A DNA stretch of 40,053 nt from Octopus sinensis (Eukaryota). Position numbers and translations under genes: made by a program. The DNA is taken from contig NW_021835440.1 of the NCBI RefSeq assembly GCF_006345805.1, positions 1-40,053 on the forward strand, read 5' to 3'. Within the stretch, counting starts at the first letter, position 1. Every line of letters starts with the position of its first letter. The notes beneath the pieces were generated by a model. The model was not told the origin of the DNA, did no database searches, and saw only the letters and a program-made list of their open reading frames with translations. Of this stretch, positions 22,904 through 34,420 are shown one piece after another.

Positions 22904-23288
22904 TTACTGTTGCTGCTGTTGTTGTTGTTGTTGTTGTTGTTGTCGGTGGTGGTAGTTTTGGTGTTGTTGCTGTTGTAGTCGTTTTTGGTTATGTTGTAGG
23001 CGTTGTTCTTGGTGTTGTTTTTTTGGCGTTGTTGTTGTTGTTGCTACTGTTGCTGCTGATGCTGTTGTTGTTGTTAAGCAACAAAACGAGTAAGGGTGAT
23101 TAGGTGATGGTCTAGGACTTAGGGGCGGGAGACCCCAGATCTTGGAAAAAAAACAAAAAAACTTTGGTCGTCTTGTTTTAGTGGAGGGCTCTTCGTTGAC
23201 GCCCGACACCGCTGGGTGGTGGCCCTCGAAGTCGCTGGAAATGGAGATCTCCAGGTCCAAATTCTTGAACGGCTGTTGCTGCTGTTGC
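22904..23288 (-). CDS. Candidate terminal coding exon or coding relic (QQQQQPFKNLDLEISISSDFEGHHPAVSGVNEEPST...polyQ), product unknown
   Basis: 26 of 31 codons in PFKN..EPST end in G/C within an AT-rich background. Possible acceptor ccttcactAG, stop at 22904, minus-strand AATAAA at 22719-22724. Confidence 0.4.
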
Positions 23289-23290
23289 TA

Positions 23291-23617
23291 GTGAAGGCAC
23301 GTGGGATACTGGTTAGGAGTGTTCGACCCACGATATGATCATAAGTTCATGAGTTCAATTCCAGGTGACGCGTTGTGTCCTTGAGCAAGACACTTTACTT
23401 CACGTTGCTCCAGTCCACTCAACTGGCAAAAAAAAGTTGTACTTTTATCTCAAAGGGTCAACCATATCACACTCGGTGTCACGCTGAAACTCCCTGAGAA
23501 CTACGTTAAGGGTACACGTGTCTGTGAGATACTCAGCCACTTGCTCGTTAATTCCATGAGCAGGCTGTTCCGTTGATTGGATTAACTGGAATCCTCGTCG
23601 TAACCGAAAGAGCGCCA
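23291..23617 (+). mobile_element. SINE family C, full length
   Basis: gtgaaggcacgtgg..gttcaattccaggtgacgcgttgtgtccttgagcaagacac..aagggtacacgtgtctgtg..cctcgtcgtaaccg. Confidence 0.9.
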
Positions 23618-24290
23618 AATGTTGTCATCTCTATATGATCAAGTTTTCGGATATAACCCAATAGGTTTACCATTAACTCTGTGAAATATTCGCGTGTAAA
23701 TTAGTGTGTAATTGGCCGAGTATTCCATAGATACGTATATTTTTTTCAAACTGAATTAGTGCAGCACCACGTATCTTTCTGTTTACCCGTGTTATAAACA
23801 TAATTCATTCAAAGAAGAAAAAGGATGGTGGATGAGCAGAAGTCACAGATCGAGAAACCAAATGCTTTATATTGATTTAAAACGTCCCTTTCCGTTAGGA
23901 GTTCAATCCTCGCTGATGCCACGGCCCTTGGGTTCATATTGGAAATCTTTAGTTTGTATAGATTCTGCGAACCGCTTCGATTCTTACGTTAAATTGGTTC
24001 ACTCACACGAGTGGCAAATGTAATTTTCCTCCCAGCAGAGGCCAACCAGTAGAAAAGCTGACTTTTACTCTGAGTTTCACGGATTCAATATTCCACAATG
24101 TGTGCAGCCATTTTGAGGTTGCTCACCCCTTGAAGAAATTACGGCACATAATTTACTCCTCCTCCTCCATCACCTTCTCCTCTTCGCTCTCTCCTCTTCT
24201 TCCTCTCATTCCTCCTCCCTTCCCCCTCCTGCTCCTCTCACATGTATGTTAGAAGCCTGGGCAATTTTGGTTAGTGGTGGTGGTGATAGT

Positions 24291-24520
24291 AATAATGCGG
24301 CGAGCTGGCAGAAACCTTAGCACGCCGGGGGAAATGCGTAGCCGTATTTTGTCTGCCGATAAGTTCTGAGTTCAAATTCCGCCGAGGTCGTCTTTGCTTT
24401 TCATCCTTTCGGGGTCGATAAATTAAGTACCGGTTACGTACTTGGGTCGATATAATCGACTTAATCCGTTTGTCTGTCCTTGTTTGTCCTCTCTGTGTTT
24501 AGCCCCTTGTCGGTAGTAGT
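24291..24520 (+). mobile_element. SINE family B
   Basis: Close match to 24871-25102. Confidence 0.9.
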
Positions 24521-24870
24521 AATACTAGTGGCAGTAGTATTAGTAGTAGTAGTATATTCTTCTCACATGTGTGACGTTTGTGCATTGGGTGCGAAGAAGA
24601 AAACTACACAACTGAAAGTGTCAACGAGCAGTCAAGAACTTTGTTTTGTAACGACGATACAGCGGGTTCGATTCCACTGCACGCCTTATTGGACGAATGC
24701 CTTTAATGTACTTCATCGGTGATGATGGTATTTGCGGTGGTGGCTGTGTCAATAATTGAGACTGTGGTGATATTTACAATGGTCAGTGGTGATGGTGGTG
24801 GTGGTTATGGTAGTTGTGGCGGTGGCGATATTCCCTGTCAAAGGAATTGGGAAGACAGAAACTGCTGAAA

Positions 24871-25102
24871 AGGTGGCGAGCTGGCAGAAAGGTGAGCACA
24901 TCGGGCGAAATGCTTAGCGGTATTTTGTCTGACGTTACGTTCCGAGTTCAAATTCCGCCGATGTCGACTTTGCCTTTCATCCTTTCGGGGTCGATTAAAT
25001 AAGTACCAGTTACGTACTGGGGTCGATATAATTGACTTAATCCGTTTGTCTGTCCTTGTTTGTCTTCTCTGTGTTTAGCCCCTTGTGGGTAGTAAAGAAA
25101 TA
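24871..25102 (+). mobile_element. SINE family B, full length, 14-bp TSD
   Basis: Perfect direct repeat agaaactgctgaaa at 24857-24870 and 25103-25116. Confidence 0.95.
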
Positions 25103-25687
25103 AGAAACTGCTGAAACCCATCAAACTGATTGAACATTTAATTGAAAAGCCCGGATTTGTTACACAGTTGTTTCATGCTGATTTGGTCTATCGATTAGAG
25201 GAAGGGCACCCATTACGATTAGATGTCACTCGCGAGCGAGTGTGCCGTAACATGAAAATACTTTCGCTAATTAATTTAAGCGATTATATAGTCACGACCA
25301 TTACAAGGTCCGGTCCTTGTTGCAGTGTGGTGACTTATGTCTCTCAGTAATCCTGTGAGCTGTGCCAGCGGAACACAAAACCCTGTTAGGTCTTCCTATA
25401 CTGGACATATGGAAGGCTAGAGGCCAAACTAATATGGGAAGCCTCTTGTAAGAGACAAAAATAAGTTTGAATAGAGACAACACCCGTACCAAATAAAATG
25501 CATGGTTACAGAATCAGCCATGACAATTCAAAACCAACAAAACCCTGAGAAGTGAAGGTCTTCTCTCAAGAAAAACATGCGAGGCGGAATACTGAGACAG
25601 GGCTTAAAAAAAGGCAGGGGTTCATTTGGAAAGAAGAAGTAGACAGCGCAGAGAACTGGGGAAAAGTCACCGTTGGCCTGTGCTTCT

Positions 25688-26134
25688 TATTTCTTTATTG
25701 CCCACACGGGGCTAAACATAGAGGGAACAAACAAGGAGAGACAAAGGGATTAAGTCGATTACATCGACCCCAGCGCGTAACTGGCAGAAACGTTAGGACG
25801 TCGGGCGAAATGCGTAGCCGTATTTCGTCTGCGTTACGTTGTGAGTTCAAATTCCGCCGAGGTCGACTTTGCCTTTCATCCTTTCGGGGTCGATAAATTA
25901 AGTACCAGTTACGCACTGGGGTCGATGTAATCGACTTTATACCTATGTCTGTCCTTGTTGTCCCCTCTGTGTTTAGCCCCTTGTGGGTAATAAAGAAATA
26001 GTTACTTAATTTATCGACCCCGAATGGATGAAAGGCAAAATCGACCTCGGCCGAATTTGAACTCAGAACGTAACGGCAGACGAAATACCGTTAAGCACTT
26101 CACCCGGCGTGCTAACGTTTCTCCCAGCTCACCG
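25688..26134. mobile_element. Plus-strand SINE B (25781-26000) nested inside a minus-strand SINE B
   Basis: Host 3' half 25688-25784 and 5' half 26003-26134 rejoin as cgcgtaactgg|tacttaatttatcgacccc. Confidence 0.85.
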
Positions 26135-26289
26135 TTTTTCTTAGCCTGTGCCTCTTAGGATGTTAAGTGCTTCAGTAAGAAAGTATGTAGTCTCGACTAG
26201 ACATAGATATAATCTCGGGTTCCGCAACCTAGCCCTAACGAAACACTCGGAGTAGGGGGAATGGTAGATAAAGGATACAGGACTGGTTG

Positions 26290-27092
26290 GTACTCATCGC
26301 AGCTGAGTAGACAGCTTGAGCAACAGGAAATTACTCAAGCATAGAACGCGTAGTCCGGCTCAGGAATCGAAACCTGTGATCTTATGACGCTGAGTCGAAC
26401 ATTTTAAACACTAAGCCACGTGCATTCACGCTCAACTACTTATAAATTAATCTAAACACTGGAACGACTTTCATTTTTCGTTTCGAAAACTATTCAGACA
26501 GTGGATATTCAAAAAAAGACCAGGCTCGCTTTACCAGCTGAGGAAACTGGAACCTTTCAGTTACCATTTATTAAAGAATTATCTACAGTTCTATTAAGTT
26601 CTTTAATTTATCGCTTCTGGTGAATCATCAGAGATATCTATCTATCTATCTATCTACCTACCTACCTACCTATCTATCTATTAATGAATCAATCTATCTG
26701 TCTTTTTTTCTCACGATCTTTTTTGATTGGAATTTTATTTTTCCTTGTCCAAGAACGCAATGCAGGGCTTGGCTCAGAAATCGTACCCGTGACCTTATGA
26801 TCGTAAATCGAACTTTATAACCACTAAACCACGTGCCTTCACATTCATCTACTTATAACTTAATTTGAAGACAGAACCAATGCGTAGTTAGGTTCCTTGC
26901 TCAAGGACACAATATCCTACCTGGTCCATGAATCGTACCTGTAAATCAAACATTTTAACCACTAAGCCATCCGCCTTTTTACTTTCAGCTAGTTACAAGT
27001 TAATTTAAAGACTAGAGCATCACGTAATCAAGTTTCTTGCTCAAGGACTCAATGTCCTCTCTGGTTCAGAAATCGTACCAGCGATCTTATAA
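26290..27092 (-). repeat. Degenerate tandem array of SINE-C heads plus shared flank (~140-bp period), interrupted at 26467-26741
   Basis: Three to four recurrences of ttgctcaaggac..gaaatcgtacc..aaccactaagccacgtgc..ctacttataa.ttaattt.aagac. Confidence 0.7.
26467..26741. repeat. Near-identical dispersed duplicate, copy 1 (copy 2 at 32865-33180)
   Basis: First 114 bp identical; 3 substitutions in the next ~60 bp; internal TCTA tract differs in length. Confidence 0.95.
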
Positions 27093-27100
27093 TACTTTCT

Positions 27101-27520
27101 ACTAAACGCATAAGGCCTGAAATTTGGGAAGGGGGAAAGGGGCATTTGATTAGATAGACTCCAGTACTGTACGCAACTGGTACTTTATTTATAGACCCCA
27201 AATGGGTGAAAGGCCAAAGTCGACCTCGGTGGAATTTGAACTCAGAACATAGCGGCAGACAAAATACCGCTATGCCTTTTGCCCGGCTTGAAGGCGTTTC
27301 TGCAAGCTGGCTTCCCTGGTAGCAATAATAATTACGATTTAAAATTTTACCACAAGGCCAGCAACTTCAGAGGAAAGGGACAAATCAATTATATCGACCC
27401 CAGCCATCAGGATGAAAGGCAAAGTCGGTCTCGGTGGAATTTGAACTCAGAGCGTAAAAGCTCTGAATGTTGCTAATGATTTGATCCAACCTGCAAACAA
27501 CTGTGCCAACTCACCGCCTT
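27101..27520 (-). mobile_element. Two diverged SINE B copies in tandem (27101-27318, 27345-27520)
   Basis: Both contain gatgaaaggc..gtcg.cctcggtggaatttgaactcaga. Confidence 0.8.
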
Positions 27521-27779
27521 AATAACAATAATAGTAGCAGTGAAATTAATACTAGCGCGAACAACAAGAGCAACAACAACAACAATGATAATGATAATAA
27601 TAATAATAATAATTAGTAGTAGTAGTAAAATATATTGTTTCTATATATGTGCGTGTATGTGTGGATGTGCGTATGTGTGCCCGATGATGTGTTTGCAAAC
27701 GAGATTTGATTGCGTGATTTCAATATTGGTTGTTACGTTGTCAAATTATTCGCGTTTAACACGCGATAAATTCCGTAGA

Positions 27780-28050
27780 CATACATACATACATAAATAC
27801 ATAATACATACATACATACATACATACATAAACTCATACATACATATATATATATATACATAAATACATAATACATACATACATACATAAATACATATAT
27901 ATACATATATATATATATACATGTATATATACATGCATATATATATATCTATATATGTATATACATGTATATCATGCATATATATATATATACATAAATA
28001 CATATACATACATACATAATTTCATACATACATATATTAATCATACATAG

Positions 28051-28091
<41 letters not shown>

Positions 28092-28415
28092 CATGTATAT
28101 ACATATATATACATATATATATATATATACATAAATACATATATATACATGTATATACACATTTATATATATATATATATTATATATATATACATGTATA
28201 TACATATATATATATATACATAAATACATATATACATATATATATATATATATGCATATATATATATCTATATATGTATATACATGTATATATACATGCA
28301 TATATATATATATGTATATACATGTATATACATGCATATATATATATATATATGTATATACATGTATATACATGCATATATATATATATATATGTATATA
28401 CATGTATATACATGC

Positions 28416-28446
<31 letters not shown>

Positions 28447-28465
28447 TATACATGTATATACATGC

Positions 28466-28497
<32 letters not shown>

Positions 28498-28513
28498 TAC
28501 ATGTATATACATG

Positions 28514-28546
<33 letters not shown>

Positions 28547-28620
28547 ATACATGCATATATTATATATATATATATACATGTATATACATGCATATATATA
28601 TATATATATATGTATGTACA
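27780..28620. repeat. Compound TA/TACATG microsatellite
   Basis: Repeated atacatgtatatacatgcatatat; source of many YIY ORFs. Confidence 0.95.
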
Positions 28621-28861
28621 TATACACAAACATAGGTATAAATATATTTGTGCTATGATGTACAAGCGTGTACATATATATACCTACTCATTTTCCTATT
28701 AGTCTACATCAAACTTTTAAATATATTAAATACATCGATGGAAAGTATCAGCGATGGAAGATGGCCGGCCGGGCGAGGTTACTAAAGCGCAGAGTAAACC
28801 AAATGTTTTAATTTACCGTATTTCACTTTTCATTTTCCTCATAATTCGTTGCCGAGATCAG

Positions 28862-29010
28862 ATGGGAATTATTTATACATTGTACACTCGTCCTCAATAT
28901 TCACTCATTCCATCGACTATGCTAAATCTACCTGTTCATATTCCCAAGACGGTAGCACATCGAAGCGAATATTAACATTCCATGACGTTAATATGGAAGA
29001 GAGTGGTTTT
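28862..29010 (+). CDS. Candidate exon with Ig-domain-like C-terminal motif
   Basis: Pyrimidine tract plus tcAG; open frame (D)GNYLYIVHSSSIFTHSIDYAKSTCSYSQDGSTSKRILTFHDVNMEESGF; donor TTT|GTATGA. No continuing Y-x-C exon found. Confidence 0.3.
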
Positions 29011-29262
29011 GTATGAAGCAGGCGTTTACATCTTGTTGTTGGTTTTCGAAAATATCCAAGTTTTCGTACCATAAATCTCAGCGGACTTATAATAAGCACT
29101 TAATGAGTTATATGGACAGAAAACTACGGTAAAAAAATATGTATACGATTCAATATCTTCTCTTTGTTTTTTATTTTTGTTTTTTTTAGTCTGTGTCTGA
29201 TCTTTGCTATTTTCATAATACGCTATAAAGTACACAGAGAGTAGGTAAATATATATATTGTG

Positions 29263-29293
<31 letters not shown>

Positions 29294-29309
29294 CACAAAC
29301 ACATACAGA

Positions 29310-29343
<34 letters not shown>

Positions 29344-29411
29344 TATATATATATACACAAACACATACAGAGACATATATATATATATATATATATGTCT
29401 CTGTATGTGTT

Positions 29412-29448
<37 letters not shown>

Positions 29449-29829
29449 ATAGATAGATAGAGAGAGAGAGAGTCAAAGAGTGAGAGTTATACAGAGAGAG
29501 AAAGAGAGAGAGATATGTGTGTGTGTGTGCGCGTGCAGGTACGTATTAATATTTGATGGCATCCAGTCAGACGCACACATACAGAGATAGATGCTTATGT
29601 GTGTGTGTGTATATATATATATGTATGCATGCATGTATGTTACATATATCTATGTGTATAGTGAGATATGTACTTGAATGCGAGTATATATACAAGTATA
29701 TGCGAGCATATATGCATGTATATGAAACATAAATATATATACAAATATTTACATATATATATATTTCCAATATATAAAAACAAAGTTATAATTGATTGTA
29801 AGTGCGTATATATGTGTATATATATACAA

Positions 29830-29899
<70 letters not shown>

Positions 29900-29997
29900 T
29901 CGCATTCACGTACGTATCACAATATATGCATACATGCATACATGTAAGACACACACATACATACATACATACATACACACACACGTATGCATATATA

Positions 29998-30039
<42 letters not shown>

Positions 30040-30044
30040 CTTTT

Positions 30045-30453
30045 ATTTCATTCAGTCATTTGACTGGCCATGCGGGAGCACCACCTTTAGTCGAACATAT
30101 CGACTCCAGGATTATTTTTTGTAAGCGTAGTAGTTACCTTATCGGTGTCTTTCGCCGAACCGCTACCTTACTGGGACGTAATCGTGCCAACATCCGTTGT
30201 AAAGCGATGGTGTGGAATCAGACAGCCACACAAAGATATACATACATACATACACACATACATACATACATACATACATACATACATACATACACACACA
30301 TACAGACATACATACATACAGACATTCAGAGACAGACAAACAGAGACAAACAGAGACAGACAGACAGACAGACAGATATGTTTATATACACGACAGGCTT
30401 CTTTCAGTTTCCGTGTAACAAATGCAGTTACCAGGCTATAGTAGAAGACACCT
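30045..30453 (-). mobile_element. SINE family A (diverged, head missing) with expanded internal microsatellite
   Basis: ttcagtcatttgactggccatgcgggagcaccacc (3' end reverse complement) and ggcttctttcagtttccg. Confidence 0.8.
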
Positions 30454-30659
30454 GAATTTGTGTATTAGTGTGTCTTGGTAATTTGTGGGTCGGGAGTATT
30501 TTAGGCGTAAGGGAATATTTTCTCAATGCGCCCCGTACTAAAATCACCAGAAAGTAATAAATAGACAAGCGAGATAACTCTCACTAGATCCCTTTCGAGG
30601 AGCCGCAGACATCGATGTTTCTTCATTGTTATGACTTATGAATACCGCGTACCGAACAA

Positions 30660-30662
30660 GTC

Positions 30663-30729
<67 letters not shown>

Positions 30730-31229
30730 GACAGACATACATACAGACATACATACAGACAGACAGACAGACAGACACACAGACAGACACACAGACAGAC
30801 ATACATACATACATACAGACGGACTTACAGACAGTCATACAGACAGTCATACAGACAGACATACAGACAGACATACAGACGGACTTACAGACAGTCATAC
30901 AGACAGACATACAGACGGACTTACAGACATACAGACAGACAGACATACAGACAGACATACAGACAGTCATACAGACAGTCATACAGACAGACATACAGAC
31001 AGACATACAGACGGACTTACAGACATATAGACAGACAGGCATACATACAGACAGACATACAGACAGACAGGCATACATACATACAGACAGACAGACAGAC
31101 AGGCATACATACATACAGACAGACAGACAGCCATACAGACACACAGACACACAGACATACAGACGGACATACAGACAGACATACAGACATACAGACAGAC
31201 ATACAGACAGACATACAGACAAACAGACA

Positions 31230-31270
<41 letters not shown>

Positions 31271-31430
31271 TACAGACAACATACATACAGACAGACAGAC
31301 AGACTGAAAGGCAGACATACATACATAAAATCATACAGAAATACAGACATACAGACAGACAGACAGTCAGAGACAGACAGACAGATAGACAGACAGAACA
31401 AGCCTGCTATATACACACACACACACACAT
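30660..31430. repeat. (AG)n then (ACAG)n/ACAT minisatellite with higher-order acagacggacttacagacagtcat units
   Basis: Seen directly. Confidence 0.95.
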
Positions 31431-31539
31431 GTCTTCTCCGTCTTGAGCGACGGTAGCCATCTCACTAATGATAAGACATTTTTATATCGTAGAATCCAAT
31501 GATAGAATCTTGTTCCGCACATTTGCCACTTCTTTCGGT

Positions 31540-32118
31540 TGCAGTAGTAAGTCCCAGTAACAGGGGAGAAATGGTTGGAGCGATTACGTCAACAAAATGC
31601 AATCTGCAGGAGCCAAGAGTCAAAAAAGGAAAGAGAAAGACGTTTAAAGGATGCAAGACAAAAACAAGATGCCAGAGTTGTCAATGAGACAATAGGTGAG
31701 CGAGAGATGAGCCAAAGGAAACCAGGAGGAAACAGATGCTGGGAGACTACGCCAATCCTCAGAGGAAGGACGTAAGGAGCTTGAACAAGAAAGGCTGAAT
31801 ATGCTTGACAAAGGGTTGCACTTTTAAGGGGACTTGAAACAGATCAGCTTTCAACTATGATCATTCAAAGCATGATTATTCTACAGAGAAATTGCCACTA
31901 TGTGTTGTGTTGGAGGAACGGTTGTGGTGGAAGAATGCACGTTTGGTTCAAGCCGAGATAATTTGAAGGCATTGCTTTTGGGAAACGCACCAAGGAACAT
32001 GCACTTCTTGAAAACAAAAAATTAGGAATTATAATTGTGCTTTCCAAATGACCTCCTTTGGTATTTTTCAATGGGGTTACATGATGGAATCAATTCTGAA
32101 TTCATAATCCAAGGAAAA

Positions 32119-32154
<36 letters not shown>

Positions 32155-32203
32155 CGATAAAAAGAAACACGTTAATTTCCTGGCTACGCCGGGTGCTATT
32201 GCT

Positions 32204-32205
<2 letters not shown>
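31540..32205 (+). mobile_element. Internally deleted Helitron: RepHel N-terminal remnant plus 3' end
   Basis: RLRQQNAICRSQES..ERERRL, AFNYD (31847), RNYNCAFQMTSFG (32024-32062), FIIQG (32101); 3' hairpin cctggctacgccggg plus gcta at 32179-32204. Confidence 0.8.
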
Positions 32206-32244
<39 letters not shown>

Positions 32245-32250
32245 TATATA

Positions 32251-32457
32251 TGTGATCTCTTGAGCACCACCAGCAAAAAATTTTTTTCCTCTGTCTTCCC
32301 TTCTCGGGATCTTTCCTTCTCCTTTGTTTCCGACGAAGAGCTCCGCTCGAAACGTTAAACCCTCCTTCCCTTCTTTCCTGAGCGTCAAATAATACTTTAA
32401 TTGTTCCACGTCCTCGCGTTGCTGTGTTTTTTTCCATGTTTTCTTGTTTGGATTAAC

Positions 32458-32504
<47 letters not shown>

Positions 32505-32707
32505 ATCTCTTGAGCACCACCAGCAAAAAATTTTTTTCCTCTGTCTTCCCTTCTCGGGATCTTTCCTTCTCCTTTGTTTCCGACGAAGAGCTCCGCTCGA
32601 AACGTTAAACCCTCCTTCCCTTCTTTCCTGAGCGTCAAATAATACTTTAATTGTTCCACGTCCTCGCGTTGCTGTGTTTTTTTCCATGTTTTCTTGTTTG
32701 GATTAAC

Positions 32708-32710
<3 letters not shown>
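32251..32710 (+). mobile_element. Two identical 210-bp Penelope-like terminal fragments (period 250) with hammerhead-like motifs at 32326-32360 and 32576-32610
   Basis: gttt-CCGACGA-a-GAGCtccGCTC-GAAAC-GTT^aaac; copies separated and flanked by (TA)n. Confidence 0.7.
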
Positions 32711-32739
<29 letters not shown>

Positions 32740-32864
32740 AATACATCATGTGTGTGCATTGTATGTATGTTTATTTAACATACATAAATACACACCCACG
32801 AACAAACACAAAGACACACACACACACACACACGAAAGAACGTGAGGATAAGCGTGTTCTTTAA

Positions 32865-33180
32865 ACTTTCATTTTTCGTTTCGAAAACTATTCAGACAGT
32901 GGATATTCAAAAAAAGACCAGGCTCGCTTTACCAGCTGAGGAAACTGGAACCTTTCAGTTACCATTTATTAAAGAATTTTCTACATTTCTATTAAGTTCT
33001 TTAAATTATCGCTTCTGGTGAATCATCAGAGATATCTATCTATCTATGTCTATCTATCTATCTATCAATCTATCTATCTATCTAACTACCTACCTATCTA
33101 TCTATCTATCTATCTATCTATTAATCAATCAATCTATCTGTCTTTTTTCTCACGATCTTTTTTGATCGGAATTTTATTTT
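32865..33180. repeat. Near-identical dispersed duplicate, copy 2
   Basis: See 26467-26741. Confidence 0.95.
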
Positions 33181-33882
33181 TCTTCCTCTTTTTCTATTTT
33201 CGTGAAGAAAAGCTCTACATTGTATTTTGTACCCTCTGTGTTCGGCATTGTGCGGATAATAAAGAAACTTATCTATCTATCTATCTTTCTTTCCATCTAT
33301 ATATCTATCTATCTTCTCCCCAAAAGGAAAGCTCTACTTTGTAATTTGTCCCATCTGTGTTCAGCCCTGCGTAGCTAATAAATAAACATGTCTATCTATC
33401 TATCCATCCATCCATCCATCCATTCATCCATCTGTCTGTTTATCTATCTATCCATCCATCCATCCATTCATCCATCTGTCTGTTTATCTATCTATCCATC
33501 CATCCATCCATCCATCTATCCATTCATCCATCTGTCTGTTTATCCATCCATCCATCCATCATCCATCTACCTATCCATCCATATATCCATCTATCTATCT
33601 ATCTATCTATCTACTTACCTATCTGTATAGACGTATGAACATTAGCTTTTATGTTTGCGTTGCATTTTTCCCCTACCTGTAATTGGCAACCGGTTTTTGT
33701 TCGTTTACTTCCTTTTAACGTAGCGTTCCGCCAGTTCGCGCGAAAGAAACCGAAAGTAATAAGTACCAGGCTAAAAACAAACATACAAACAAAAAGAAAT
33801 AAATAAATAAAAACTGGTATCGATGTAATAGAATTCTTCTCTCAGAATCAATGGCCCTGAGCCAAAACTAAACGAGATTAAG

Positions 33883-33923
<41 letters not shown>

Positions 33924-34276
33924 CACTACTACTACTGCTGCTGCTATCTTTTCTTATATAATAATGATAACGCTATTATTGTTTATTAACAATAGTACCC
34001 AACATTAATGAGAATAAAATTGGCGTCAATATTTGTACTCTTGTCTTACGTTTTATATATTTTCTATTTCGTCTTCATTATTTTAGCTGATCTCCTGTAA
34101 TATTTTATTTTATTCTGCATACATTTTTCTCGTCTGATTTTACGCATTCGGCGAACAATAAATAAAACGGTTTCATACGCCTACACCACTCGCATTCTTC
34201 TCTCTCTGTCTCTCTTTCTGACTCTGTCGTTGTCGCCTTGTCTTTGTCTTTCACTCTCTTTGTCACTCTTGCTCTG

Positions 34277-34311
<35 letters not shown>

Positions 34312-34420
34312 TTTTGTCTCTATGTCTCTCTGTCTCGGCCTCTCTATCTCTGTTTCCGTTTGTCTGTGTGTCTCCATCTCTCTCAATAGTAAATGATTTT
34401 TATTAGTCTTGTCGCTTCAG

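Noticed and set aside
23181-23253. Plus-strand exon reading (tcttgttttAG|TGGAGGG..CAG|gtccaa)
   Set aside because: Weak donor, and codon bias favours the minus frame (26/31 versus 17/30 GC3). Not fully excluded.
25343-25450. AG...GTAAGA bounded segment
   Set aside because: All frames from the candidate acceptors contain stops.
27746-28702. Many YIY/CVC-type ORFs here and elsewhere (11.3-11.9, 35.0-35.7, 38.6-39.2 kb)
   Set aside because: Stop-free simple repeats, not proteins.
30631-31446. 271-aa ORF and overlapping 100-230-aa ORFs
   Set aside because: Pure translation of the ACAG/AG minisatellite.
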